Assembly: GCA_965222375.1 (NCBI GenBank)
Contig: CBDCTZ010000016.1
Coordinates: 1,952,001 to 2,016,000 of the forward strand
Reading direction: 5' to 3'
Length of the DNA: 64,000 nucleotides
Source of the DNA: Polyangiaceae bacterium
Lineage (GTDB): Bacteria; Myxococcota_A; Polyangia; Polyangiales; Polyangiaceae
Under the pieces are notes generated by a model, which saw nothing but the letters and a program-made list of their open reading frames with translations, ran no database searches and was not told the origin of the DNA. Of this stretch, positions 1-8,602 are shown one piece after another (position 1 is the stretch's first letter; every line of letters starts with the position of its first letter). The position numbers were made by a program, and so were the translations under genes.

Positions 1-447
1 TCACCTTCCACTGGGCAAAGAGCCTGGCTGGCAAGTGGGTGGTGAGGACGCGAACAGCGAAAGACAGATACCAGAGAGCGGTCAACGCCATCGCACAGTG
101 GTGTCGGAATCACCGGCATGCTTCTGTGCGAGTACAGCGTCAGGCGCTGGCTGCGAAACTTCGCGGTCACTACGCCTACTTCGGCCGTACCGGCAACTTC
201 AGCCGCCTCTGGAGCTTGTACTTCGCCACTGTGCGGAAGTGGAAGCGCTGGCTGTCTCGACGCTCCGACAAAGCGCGACTCACCTGGCCTGCGATGGATC
301 GGCTACTGGAGCGCAATCCGCTCCCGAAACCCGATGCCTCGCGCCGCTTCGCGTAGCAAAGCCGTGGCCTGAGGAGCCGGATGCGGGAAATCCGCACGTC
401 CGGATCTGTCCGGGGGGCGGCCCGTAAAGGGCCGTCCCTACCGGGAG
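1..447 (+). mobile_element. Group II intron, 3' part (end of intron ORF, domains V and VI); 5' part lies outside the window
   Basis: Domain V-like GAGCCGGATGCGGGAAATCCGCACGTCCGGATC at 374-406 and domain VI-like GGGGGGCGGCCCGTAAAGGGCCGTCCCTACCGGGAG with bulged A, directly after a maturase ORF. From 448 the sequence matches the intact repeat copy at 9690. Confidence 0.9.
3..356 (+). CDS. ltrA: Group II intron reverse transcriptase/maturase, C-terminal part (partial; no endonuclease domain)
   Basis: TFHWAKSLAGKWVVRTRT...WCRNHRH...KLRGHYAYFGRTGN...WKRWLSRRS is typical of the maturase (X) domain; stop codon just before domain V. Confidence 0.9.
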   Translation, partial: TFHWAKSLAGKWVVRTRTAKDRYQRAVNAIAQWCRNHRHASVRVQRQALAAKLRGHYAYFGRTGNFSRLWSLYFATVRKWKRWLSRRSDKARLTWPAMDRLLERNPLPKPDASRRFA

Positions 448-590
448 CGGCGGCCGTCAGAGTTTCGCGCGAGGCGCGGGTAAGCAAGTGGTCTCGCGCG
501 GTGCGACGAGCCGCCTGCGCGCGGCATGGGCGGGGCTGCGTCGCGTTGGCGTGTAGTGGAATCGCGACGGCACAACTGGCGGCTTCTGGG

Positions 591-655
591 TCGTACTCGT
601 ACTCGTGCTCGTACTCGTTGTCGTGCTCGTACTCGCACTGGTGCTCGTGCTCGCA
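591..655. repeat. Hexamer tract (TCGTAC/TCGTGC)n
   Basis: tcgtactcgtactcgtgctcgtactcgttgtcgtgctcgtactcgcac; variants of different length at ~5040-5093 and ~9833-9903. Confidence 0.85.
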
Positions 656-803
656 CCCGCATGACCCCCACTTCGAGCATCGCGTCGGAGTCTAGCTCGG
701 GGTGCGCTTGGCTCAAGGCAATTGCGTGCACCAGGGCGTATCGGGCGCTGCAGCGCTCGAGTTGCTGACAAAGAGCGTTGGCTCGCGCTTTCGCCTCACG
801 TCA

Positions 804-855
804 GCCCGGGGCTGCCGTCGGGCTTTTGGGGTGAAGCCCGCCAGCAGCCCCGGGC
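804..855 (+). promoter_or_regulatory. Long GC stem-loop directly upstream of the DUF559 RBS (candidate cis-regulatory RNA)
   Basis: GCCCGGGGCTGC-cgt-CGGGCTT-loop-AAGCCCG-cca-GCAGCCCCGGGC followed by GGAGG and ATG; conserved in all three copies. Confidence 0.5.
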
Positions 856-868
856 CTCGGAGGTCGAT

Positions 869-1231
869 ATGCAAAAGCGCAAACAGAGCTTCTCTCGTCG
901 TCGCCAGCTCGAGGAGCGCGCTCGCCTGATGCGCGGGTCGCCCAGTTGGCCGGAGCAGGTGCTGTTTGGCGCTATCCGTGGTGGCCGGTTGGGAGTGTGC
1001 GTGAAGCGTCAGGTGGTGCTGGGCGAGTACATCGCTGACTTCGTGGTGGCGTCTCGGAAGCTCGTGATTGAGGTCGACGGGCCGCATCATGCCCTGCGCC
1101 GCAGTGCCGATGCGCGGCGAGACCGTGCGCTAGCGCGTCTCGGGTGGCGCGTGTTGCGGGTGAGTGCGGAGGATGTGTGTTGTCGGTTGGAGGATGTGGT
1201 GGGCGCGATCCGGGCTGCGCTGGGGGCGTAG
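869..1231 (+). CDS. DUF559 / Vsr-like (PD-(D/E)xK) endonuclease domain protein, copy 1
   Basis: EQVLF...KRQVVLGEYIADF...KLVIEVDGPHH...DARRDRALARLGWRVLRV; GGAGG RBS before ATG 869. Confidence 0.9.
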   Translation: MQKRKQSFSRRRQLEERARLMRGSPSWPEQVLFGAIRGGRLGVCVKRQVVLGEYIADFVVASRKLVIEVDGPHHALRRSADARRDRALARLGWRVLRVSAEDVCCRLEDVVGAIRAALGA

Positions 1232-1491
1232 CAGAGGCCTCGCACGAGCTTTCAGCTCAGCTTTGGTTGCCCGACGTGCGGGTCACGCTCGACCGACGAA
1301 CGCGGAGCCGAAAGCGTCCGGAACTGACCCGCTCCGATTCGATCAAGGTGCGCACACAGACCATATCGGTCCGGGCGCGCTTGCAGTTGCGTGAAGAGAT
1401 GAATGATCTCGTGCAGGTGCGGCCCGCGGGCTTGCGACCGCGGGCCTCGAACGTGCGGTCGGTCACTGCACGGCGCAGCAGGAGCTGCCTG

Positions 1492-3015
1492 CTACAGGGT
1501 GAGTGTGTCTTGGCCGTCACCAGCCACACCATCGTTGCTACCTGGCACCCCACCGATCCCCTTGGCCCCGCCCTTGCCCTTGGCGAAAGTTGGCGTCGTG
1601 TTGGTCACAGCCGCGGCCGTGCTTTGCAGAACACCCACGCTGATGCCTCCAGCAGCGCCTCCTCCCGCGCCTCCGTTGCCACCCTTGCCGCCAGCACCGC
1701 CGTTGCAGCCGAACGAGCCCCCCTTGCCGGGTGCACCAACCTGCGTCGCGCCGTTCTGTCCCTTGGCACCATCACCACCCTTGCCCGCATCGCTCGCAGT
1801 GAACGTGCAGTCCTGGGTATCGAGCGTGGAGTCGAAGACCATCAGCGCGATGCTCGAACCGCCGGCTCCACCTCCCGGGCCTCCGGCTCCGCCGCAGCCG
1901 CCGCAGCCGCCTCCGCCTCCGGCGGAGCCTGCTGCTGCGGTGCCAGTTCCGCCGCCGCCACCTTGACCGGGCGTGCCATTCTTGCCGTCCGTCCCGACGG
2001 TGCCCTTGAAACCGTCGGCGGCGAGTGTACCGACAGTCGCGGCCCCCGCTGCGGCTCCCTCGTGTGAAGCGTTGGCCCCGTCACCGCCCGTGCCGGTTCC
2101 CGCGCAGGCCTGCCCGAACTTCCCATCGTTTGCCGCGCCGATTAGCGGTTGCCCCGGACTCCCTCCTCCTGCACTCAGCCCACCGTCGCCGCCCTTCCCG
2201 CCAACGCTCTGGCCGCCAGCGGCGCACGTGCACAGCTGGACCTTCCCCCCCGAATCCCCACTTGCGTCGTTGCCGTTCAACTTCGCCTGGCTCGTCTCAT
2301 GCGTCACCGGCACGAGCACGCCGGCTTTGCCGTCAGCGCCTTTGCCAGCCGTGAAGTCCACCCGGGTGAAACGAACGTTGGCGGAGTTCTTCACGAAGGC
2401 TGCGATGCTCGACTCACCGGGAGCAGCCCCTTCCTTCGCCGTGAATGCAAAGTCCTTGAACCCCGTGGCCTTGCTCACACCGTCAATCGTCAACGCGAAT
2501 CCCGCGGCTGTCGGGGTCACTGGCGTCTTCTTGCCTGGGTCGTAGCTCCAGTTGGTGCATTTGAAACCGCCGTGCACGATGACGCCTTCATGGGCGCTCG
2601 TCAGGTTTACGGGCGCCGCGAAGGTGTCGTTGCACGCGATCACGATGAGGCCGTTGGTCTTCGCGGTCTCCATGGCCTTTTCGATCGTGCCGAAGGGCGT
2701 GCCCCTCGATCCGTCCGTGGTGTCGTTGCCGCTTGGTGACACGAAGACGGCATATTGCTCATCGACCAAGCAGGACTCCTCGCTTGGGTCTTTGCTCGTG
2801 TCGCAGGTGCCGCCGTCGCCGCCGCTGCCTCCTGTGCCGGAGGTGCCGGAAGTGCCGCCCAGGCCGGAGTCGCCACTTGCACCAGACGCGCCGCCGGCCG
2901 CGGCGCAGGTGCCGTTCTTGGCGCAGTCGTCCGCGCGATTCGTGCAAGCAAGGGCCATCACAGCCAACGCGGAAACCGAAGACAGAGTCACGGCCAAGGA
3001 AAAGCTTCGTCTCAT
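1492..3015 (-). CDS. Gly-rich (PE-PGRS-like) secreted lipoprotein, module 1
   Basis: Signal peptide with ALAC; AVFVSPSGNDTTDGSRGTPFGTI (DUF1565-like start); long GGxGG repeats. Confidence 0.8.
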   Translation of the reverse strand: MRRSFSLAVTLSSVSALAVMALACTNRADDCAKNGTCAAAGGASGASGDSGLGGTSGTSGTGGSGGDGGTCDTSKDPSEESCLVDEQYAVFVSPSGNDTTDGSRGTPFGTIEKAMETAKTNGLIVIACNDTFAAPVNLTSAHEGVIVHGGFKCTNWSYDPGKKTPVTPTAAGFALTIDGVSKATGFKDFAFTAKEGAAPGESSIAAFVKNSANVRFTRVDFTAGKGADGKAGVLVPVTHETSQAKLNGNDASGDSGGKVQLCTCAAGGQSVGGKGGDGGLSAGGGSPGQPLIGAANDGKFGQACAGTGTGGDGANASHEGAAAGAATVGTLAADGFKGTVGTDGKNGTPGQGGGGGTGTAAAGSAGGGGGCGGCGGAGGPGGGAGGSSIALMVFDSTLDTQDCTFTASDAGKGGDGAKGQNGATQVGAPGKGGSFGCNGGAGGKGGNGGAGGGAAGGISVGVLQSTAAAVTNTTPTFAKGKGGAKGIGGVPGSNDGVAGDGQDTLTL

Positions 3016-3046
3016 TGTGTCTTCCCTTCGAAGAATCCTTGCTGGG

Positions 3047-4099
3047 TTAGAAAAAGCCGGACAGCATCAGTGCTGCTGAGTGGCTGTCAAAGACTGCCGA
3101 AGGTCGAAGTTCGGCTTTCGAGAGCCCGCGGGCGTGCTTGCGTGAGGTTGCGCTGCCCTCGTCGGTTGGCCAGAGCAGGTACGTGACCGTTACCGCGGTA
3201 CTGACGGCAAAGACCGAGAAACCCGCGACGGCAAATCGGCTGTGGCGATCGGCTGCCTCGTTCTTGTCCCCTAGCAGTGTGCAGTCGGCTTTGGTGGCTG
3301 CTCCGGTCGTGCAGCCCGTCTCTCCGACCTTGTCTGCGAGCTCGTCTGCGTCGCTGGCCTTGCCCTGTGCTGACAGTGCGAAGCCAATGCCCAAACCCAG
3401 GCCAATCACTGCGACTCCCCCGGCCACAATGGCAGGAGTGATGCTTCGGTTCGAGTTCGCCGGGCCGCCGTCCGGTGTTCCGTCTGTGCCCGCGGGCCGG
3501 CCGGCGCCTGGCCCTCCTGACTCCGGCTTCAGGGCCAATGTGATCTCCACTTCCTGGCCGGCTCCCACTTCCATCGATCGCTGTGCTTTCTGATGCCCGG
3601 CCAACTCCGCCTCGACCACTCGACTGCCGGGGTTGACAAAGGCCGGAGCGCCAAGCGGCGCGAGGCCGACGCTCTTCTTGTCGATGCGGACCCGAGCGCC
3701 TTCTGGCGTCACGTGGACCTTGAGTATTGCAACATGTTGCTTCGACTCATCGAGCCACGCCTTCAGCCGGCTCCGCGGCTCTTCGTCTTCCTTGGGGGGG
3801 AAGTGGCGCAGGGAATACTCGATGTGCTCTGCAGCATCGCGGTAACGTTTCAGTTCGTACTCGACCTGCCCGAGCATCGCTGCAATGTCGAAGCTCTGCT
3901 TCAAACGATACGCTTCGTCGAGCAGCTTGTGCGCGGCGGGCCAGTCTTTCCTCACAATCGCCTTGCGACCGTCGCGAAAGAGCTTTTCGGCGCGGGCGTC
4001 GAGATCAGTCGCGGTCTCGGGCCCAGCATAGGCAGTGCGAACACTGCAGATTACGCCAAGCAGGGTGATGGCAACGACGAGCAGCACGTTTCGAGGCAT
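3047..4099 (-). CDS. TPR + PEGA domain membrane/exported protein, module 1
   Basis: Signal peptide; TPR-like AEKLFRDG...AMLGQVEYELKRYRDAAEH; PEGA LKVHVTPEGARVRID; C-terminal hydrophobic segments ending in F. Confidence 0.85.
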   Translation of the reverse strand: MPRNVLLVVAITLLGVICSVRTAYAGPETATDLDARAEKLFRDGRKAIVRKDWPAAHKLLDEAYRLKQSFDIAAMLGQVEYELKRYRDAAEHIEYSLRHFPPKEDEEPRSRLKAWLDESKQHVAILKVHVTPEGARVRIDKKSVGLAPLGAPAFVNPGSRVVEAELAGHQKAQRSMEVGAGQEVEITLALKPESGGPGAGRPAGTDGTPDGGPANSNRSITPAIVAGGVAVIGLGLGIGFALSAQGKASDADELADKVGETGCTTGAATKADCTLLGDKNEAADRHSRFAVAGFSVFAVSTAVTVTYLLWPTDEGSATSRKHARGLSKAELRPSAVFDSHSAALMLSGFF

Positions 4100-4118
4100 T
4101 GGAAGACTCTGGCAGCAG

Positions 4119-4840
4119 CTAGAAGACCGGGCGTTGTGGATCCTTCGGGCCGGCTGTGGGCGTAGGTTTCGCCACAGACGGCGATGAAGCAACGCCCGTA
4201 CCAGACTCCGCCTTCGGCTTGGCCGAAGCACTCGGCGGTGCGGCCTTTGGTTTTGCGGCAGGTCGTGACTCTGTGCCCGCTTGCTTGACCTTTGTCTTCG
4301 AGGACGCTGGCGCCTTGACTGGCGCTGGAGCCGTGACTGGTACGACTGGCGTGGACTTCGCTGGCGTGGCTCTCGTGGGAGTTGTTTGCCTCGCAGTTAG
4401 ATTTGGAGTCGCGAGTGGTGCAGGCGCAACTTGAGTTGACGCACCTTCTGGTTCGGTGGTGCGCGCTTCTCGATGGTTCTTCGACCAACCCGTCGCCAGC
4501 ACCGCCACCAGTCCACCCAAGAGCAACACCCCCACCAGCGCGAACTTCCACCCCCGTCCTCGATGGGTTGGCGCGCCGTCGACGATGGTTGGCTCGGTGT
4601 CCGTCGTTGCCGTGTCCGTCGCGGCGGCCGGCGCGTCAGACTGCGTGGGTGGCGCGTCAGACTGCGTAGGTAGCGCATCGGATTGCACAGGCGGCACGTC
4701 TGACTCGGTGGGTGACGCGTCGGGGTCGGTGGCTGCCGCCTTGGCTCTCGCCAGCGTACGCAAACTCTTCTGCGTGGTTGCTCGCCTCGGATCCGCCTCC
4801 GGATCGACCTTGATCGTCTCGGTCTCGATCGTCTTGTGAT
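4119..4840 (-). pseudogene. 5'-truncated copy of the Pro/Thr-rich single-TM protein (module 1)
   Basis: 4212-4840 is almost identical to 13515-14143. The N-terminal coding part is missing, replaced by the DUF559 repeat, and the C-terminal tail differs. Confidence 0.8.
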
Positions 4841-5668
4841 TTGCTGCCCCCGCCCCGCCTCGCTGCGCTCGGCTTGCCCCCCCCTTATGCCGTGCTCGGC
4901 GGCCGGGGTGGCTTCGCCTAGGGCGCCGGGGAGCGGGTTGTATCGCAGGGAACGGCGAGCCGCCTGCGCGCGGCATGGGCGGGGCTGCGTCGCGTTGGCG
5001 TGTAGTGGAATCGCGACGGCACAACTGGCGGCTTCTGGGTCGTACTCGTACTCGTTGTCGTGCTCGAACTCGCACTGGTGCTCGTACTCGCACCCGCATG
5101 ACCCCCACTTCGAGCATCGCGTCGGAGTGTAGCTGCGCAGCCGGTGTGCTCAAGGCAATTGCGTGCACCAGGGCGTATCGGGCGCTGCAGCGCTCGAGTT
5201 GCTGACAAAGAGCGTTGGCTCGCGCTTTCGCCTCACGTCAGCCCGGGGCTGCCGTCGGGCTTTTGGGGTGAAGCCCGCCAGCAGCCCCGGGCCTCGGAGG
5301 TCGATATGCAAAAGCGCAAACAGAGCTTCTCTCGTCGTCGCCAGCTCGAGGAGCGCGCTCGCCTGATGCGCGGGTCGCCCAGTTGGCCGGAGCAGGTGCT
5401 GTTTGGCGCTATCCGTGGTGGCCGGTTGGGAGTGTGCGTGAAGCGTCAGGTGGTGCTGGGTGAGCACATCGCTGACTTCGTGGTGGCGTCTCGGAAGCTC
5501 GTGATTGAGGTCGACGGACCTCATCATGCCCTGCGGCGCAGCGCGGATGCGCGGCGGGACCGTGCGTTGGCGCGTCTCGGGTGGCGCGTATTGCGGGTGA
5601 GTGCTGAGGATGTGAGCTGTCGGTTGGAGGATGTGGTGGGCGTTATCCGGGCTGCGGTCGGGTCGTAG
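4840..5668 (+). repeat. DUF559-carrying repeat unit, copy 2
   Basis: Starts TTTGCTGCCCCCGCCCCGCCTCGCTGCGCTCGGCTTGCCCCCCC as at 9633; near-identical body. Confidence 0.9.
5306..5668 (+). CDS. DUF559 endonuclease domain protein, copy 2
   Basis: Near-identical to 869-1231. Confidence 0.9.
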   Translation: MQKRKQSFSRRRQLEERARLMRGSPSWPEQVLFGAIRGGRLGVCVKRQVVLGEHIADFVVASRKLVIEVDGPHHALRRSADARRDRALARLGWRVLRVSAEDVSCRLEDVVGVIRAAVGS

Positions 5669-5742
5669 GAGGGGCCTAGTGTGGGCGCCGCTTCGCTTGG
5701 TTGCACGACGTGCAGGATGCGTGGCCAACGCATGGGGTCTTG

Positions 5743-5967
5743 CTAGGCGCGCTTCTTGCGCTTCTTAGTCGTCTTCTTCTTGGGTCGATTGCTCGTGCGC
5801 TTGGCGGGCTTCGTCTTGAGTTTGGCGCGTCGAGCAGCGCCGCGGACCATTTGTCGGGTCCAGTCGCTGACGCCCTGGCCAGCCTGCTCGGCCAGGGCGT
5901 GCACCATGCGCCATTCATCCTCGCTGAGCATGACGTGTAGGCGCTTGTTGCGGTCGATGACGGCCAT
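5743..5967 (-). CDS. Small ribbon-helix-helix (CopG/MobC-like) DNA-binding protein with Lys-rich tail
   Basis: RNKRLHVMLSEDEWRMVHALAEQAGQGVSDWTRQMV fits an RHH pattern; paralog at 10554-10784. Confidence 0.7.
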   Translation of the reverse strand: MAVIDRNKRLHVMLSEDEWRMVHALAEQAGQGVSDWTRQMVRGAARRAKLKTKPAKRTSNRPKKKTTKKRKKRA

Positions 5968-5971
5968 GGTG

Positions 5972-7477
5972 CTATTTCACCTCCACGACGTCCTGCGCGA
6001 GGCCGTCGATGCCGTCGTTGCTGCCGGGTTTGCCGCCGATGCCTTTGGCGCCCTGGGTGCCGAGCTTGACGTTGGTGCCGGTGTCGACGACGGGTGCTGT
6101 TGCGCCTTTCCACAGCACGGCGGCGCTGACACCGCCTGCGGCTCCGCCGCCGGCTCCGCCATCGGCGCCGGGGGCGCCGTTGCCGCCGTCACATGCAGGC
6201 GCAGTGCTGTCTCCGGCGAATCCGAACTCCTTCTGCCCTGTCTGCCCAGCAACGCCGTTCCCGCCCTTGCCGGCGGCGCCGGTGGTGAGCGTGACGGTGG
6301 CATCCAGTGTGATCGGCGTATCCAGCAAGAGCAGTGCGATGCTGGCGCCGCCGCCCTTGCCTCCTGGGCCTCCGGCCCCGCCGCAGCCTCCGGCTCCGCC
6401 GCCGCCACCGCCGGCCGTGCCGGTGCTCGCGCCGCCTCCGCCGCCTTGCCCTGGTGAACCCACCTTGCCGTCGGTGCCGCTGGCTGGCGTCCAGCCGGTG
6501 GAGGAGAGCGTGCCGAGGGTGGTGGCGCCGGAGGCGGCGGGGGTTGGGGGTGGGGTGGCGCCGTTCTTGCCCACGCTCACCGCGCAATTCACTGGACTCG
6601 TGACCGTGCCGCCCTGTCCTCCTCCGTGGTCTGGCGCTCCCTTGCCGCCGGCTTGCGACGGTGCGCTCCCACCCGGCCCGCCAATGGAGGTCGGACAGAT
6701 TTTGTTCGGCTTGGCGGCTCCGCCGCTGCCACCTGTCGCCTTGTTTCCGTCCAGCTCCGCCTGGCTGGGGTAGGAGATGGGTACCACCACGCCCTTGGCG
6801 CCGTCTGCCCCCTTGCCCGCTTTGAGGTCCACTCGTTTCAGAGTGACCCCACTCGAACCGCTCCCAAACATCGCAATGCTCGACGCTCCCGGCGTGGTGG
6901 CGTCCTTGGCTTCGATGATGACGTCTTCGATGTGGAAGCCAACCACCCCATCCAAAGAAAGCGCAATGCCTTCAAGGGCGGGGGCCAGCTTGGTCTTCTT
7001 TGCCGAGTCGTAGCTCCAGTCGCTGCATTTGAAACCGCCGTAGAGCTTGGTGCCGCTGTGAGCGCTGGTGAGCGAGACTGGCGAGGTGAAGTCGTCGTTG
7101 CAGGCGATGACCACCTTGCCCGCGGCTTTGCCGAGCGACAGCGCTTTTTCCCAGGACTGCACTGGCGCACTCTTCGTGCCGTCGGCCGTGTCGCTTCCGC
7201 TCGGGCTGACGAAGATGGCGTAGTCGTCCGCGACGAGGCACGACTCCTCGCTGGGGCTTTTGGTGGTGTCGCACGTGCCGCCGTCTCCGCCGCTGCCGCC
7301 GGTGCCACCGTTCCCGCCCAGACCCGAGTCACCCGACGCGCCGCCGGTTGACGCGTCGGGGGAAGTACAGCCAATCCCATCGTCACAGGTCGTTTCGGTC
7401 GGCCCACACGAAGCCACCAGAACAAGTGCGCTCGAGCCAACGACGAACAACGTCGAGGAGACAAGTGTCTTCAGCAT
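5972..7477 (-). CDS. Gly-rich (PE-PGRS-like) secreted lipoprotein, module 2
   Basis: Lipobox-like VASC; shared GGTCDTTKSPSEESCLV motif; GGxGG repeats. Confidence 0.8.
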   Translation of the reverse strand: MLKTLVSSTLFVVGSSALVLVASCGPTETTCDDGIGCTSPDASTGGASGDSGLGGNGGTGGSGGDGGTCDTTKSPSEESCLVADDYAIFVSPSGSDTADGTKSAPVQSWEKALSLGKAAGKVVIACNDDFTSPVSLTSAHSGTKLYGGFKCSDWSYDSAKKTKLAPALEGIALSLDGVVGFHIEDVIIEAKDATTPGASSIAMFGSGSSGVTLKRVDLKAGKGADGAKGVVVPISYPSQAELDGNKATGGSGGAAKPNKICPTSIGGPGGSAPSQAGGKGAPDHGGGQGGTVTSPVNCAVSVGKNGATPPPTPAASGATTLGTLSSTGWTPASGTDGKVGSPGQGGGGGASTGTAGGGGGGAGGCGGAGGPGGKGGGASIALLLLDTPITLDATVTLTTGAAGKGGNGVAGQTGQKEFGFAGDSTAPACDGGNGAPGADGGAGGGAAGGVSAAVLWKGATAPVVDTGTNVKLGTQGAKGIGGKPGSNDGIDGLAQDVVEVK

Positions 7478-7509
7478 CTTAGGTTCCTCACAATCCGTTC
7501 GAAAGCGTC

Positions 7510-8577
7510 CTAGAAGAACGACCCCTGCAGTCCCAGTCCGAGACGCGACCCAGACACAACCGGCACCACCCGGGTTGCTGCACGGCCCGTCTGCTTCTCA
7601 CTCGTGGGCCACAGCAGATACGTCGCGACCGTGGCAGCGCCCAGCACACTTCCCGCCACAAACGCAATCGTCGCGTTCTTGTTGGCTGTATTCCGTTGGT
7701 CTGCCGAGTCCGCGAGATCGACACACACGGGCGCGCCGGACCCGCTTGGACAGTTTCCCCCCAATTGCGCGGTCGCTCTCGACTTGAGCGTATCAACGTC
7801 GTCCTGGGCGCTGGACGCGCGGACGGCGAAGAACACTCCCGCGCCGACCGTGACGATAGTGAGCGCGCCCCCAACAATCGCGACGCCAGTCCGAGCCGTC
7901 ATGCCGTCCGACTTGATCTGGCCTCCTCCACCACCACCCTGCCCAGGTCGGTCATCACCCGCTTGGCCCGTTACCGCCCCACTTCCACCGGCACCGGCTA
8001 CTGGCCCGACGCCTCCAGCTTCCCTATCCAGCACAATCGTTTTTGCAAGCCGCTGCTGCTTCTCCACCTCGAGCACAATCGTCTTCGCGATACGTCCTGG
8101 TGCACCGACTCTGAGCACATGCTTGCCCGGCGGCACGAAGACCAAACCGTCGCGCACACGAGTTGCCATTCCGTTCACGCTGACACTTGCGTCCACGGGA
8201 TCCAGATCCAGCGCGAGTTCGGCGACTTGTTTCTTTACGAGTTCCAGCGCGGTTTTGATCTTCTCGCGTTTCTCCGGTTTTGCGCTCGGCATCATTTTGG
8301 TATGCGCAAACTGGAGGTGCTCTGCCGCGGCGGCGTACTTTCCCATCGAGGCTTCGCAACCCCCGAGATTTGCTGCAATGTCGGGAGACTCGTGGAGCGC
8401 GAACGCCTCCTTCAACAGCTTCGCCGCCTTGACGCACTTCCTAGCATCCTGCAGCGGCTTGCTCTTCTCGAATAGCTGTCGTGCGCGCTCTCGCTCCGCA
8501 TTCGTTGGGTTGGAGGGCGAAGCGGACGCCGCGGCAGTGACGGCGACCAACAGAACGAAGACTTGGAGTGCTCTCAT
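7510..8577 (-). CDS. TPR + PEGA domain protein, module 2
   Basis: Signal MRALQVFVLLVAV; IAANLGGCEASMGKYAAAAEHL; LDLDPVDASVSVNG; C-terminal GSFF. Confidence 0.85.
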   Translation of the reverse strand: MRALQVFVLLVAVTAAASASPSNPTNAERERARQLFEKSKPLQDARKCVKAAKLLKEAFALHESPDIAANLGGCEASMGKYAAAAEHLQFAHTKMMPSAKPEKREKIKTALELVKKQVAELALDLDPVDASVSVNGMATRVRDGLVFVPPGKHVLRVGAPGRIAKTIVLEVEKQQRLAKTIVLDREAGGVGPVAGAGGSGAVTGQAGDDRPGQGGGGGGQIKSDGMTARTGVAIVGGALTIVTVGAGVFFAVRASSAQDDVDTLKSRATAQLGGNCPSGSGAPVCVDLADSADQRNTANKNATIAFVAGSVLGAATVATYLLWPTSEKQTGRAATRVVPVVSGSRLGLGLQGSFF

Positions 8578-8602
8578 GAGGCGAAAACTGAGTGACGACC
8601 TG

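Larger units (their letters stand above)
448..1231 (+). repeat. DUF559-carrying repeat unit, copy 1 (left end replaced by the intron within this window)
   Basis: Near-identical to 4840-5668 and 9633-10479. Confidence 0.9.

Noticed and set aside
3..447. RT as a DGR, retron or CRISPR-associated RT
   Set aside because: Maturase domain followed directly by intron domains V/VI identifies a group II intron; it is ~34 kb from cas1 and no TR/VR pair with A-specific mismatches was seen
4840..5168. N-terminal extensions MHAIALS… fused to the Pro-rich genes (4119-5168, 8603-9979)
   Set aside because: The extension is read-through of the repeat element and hexamer tract (RVRVR); the intact paralog starts at MSEGAKNG
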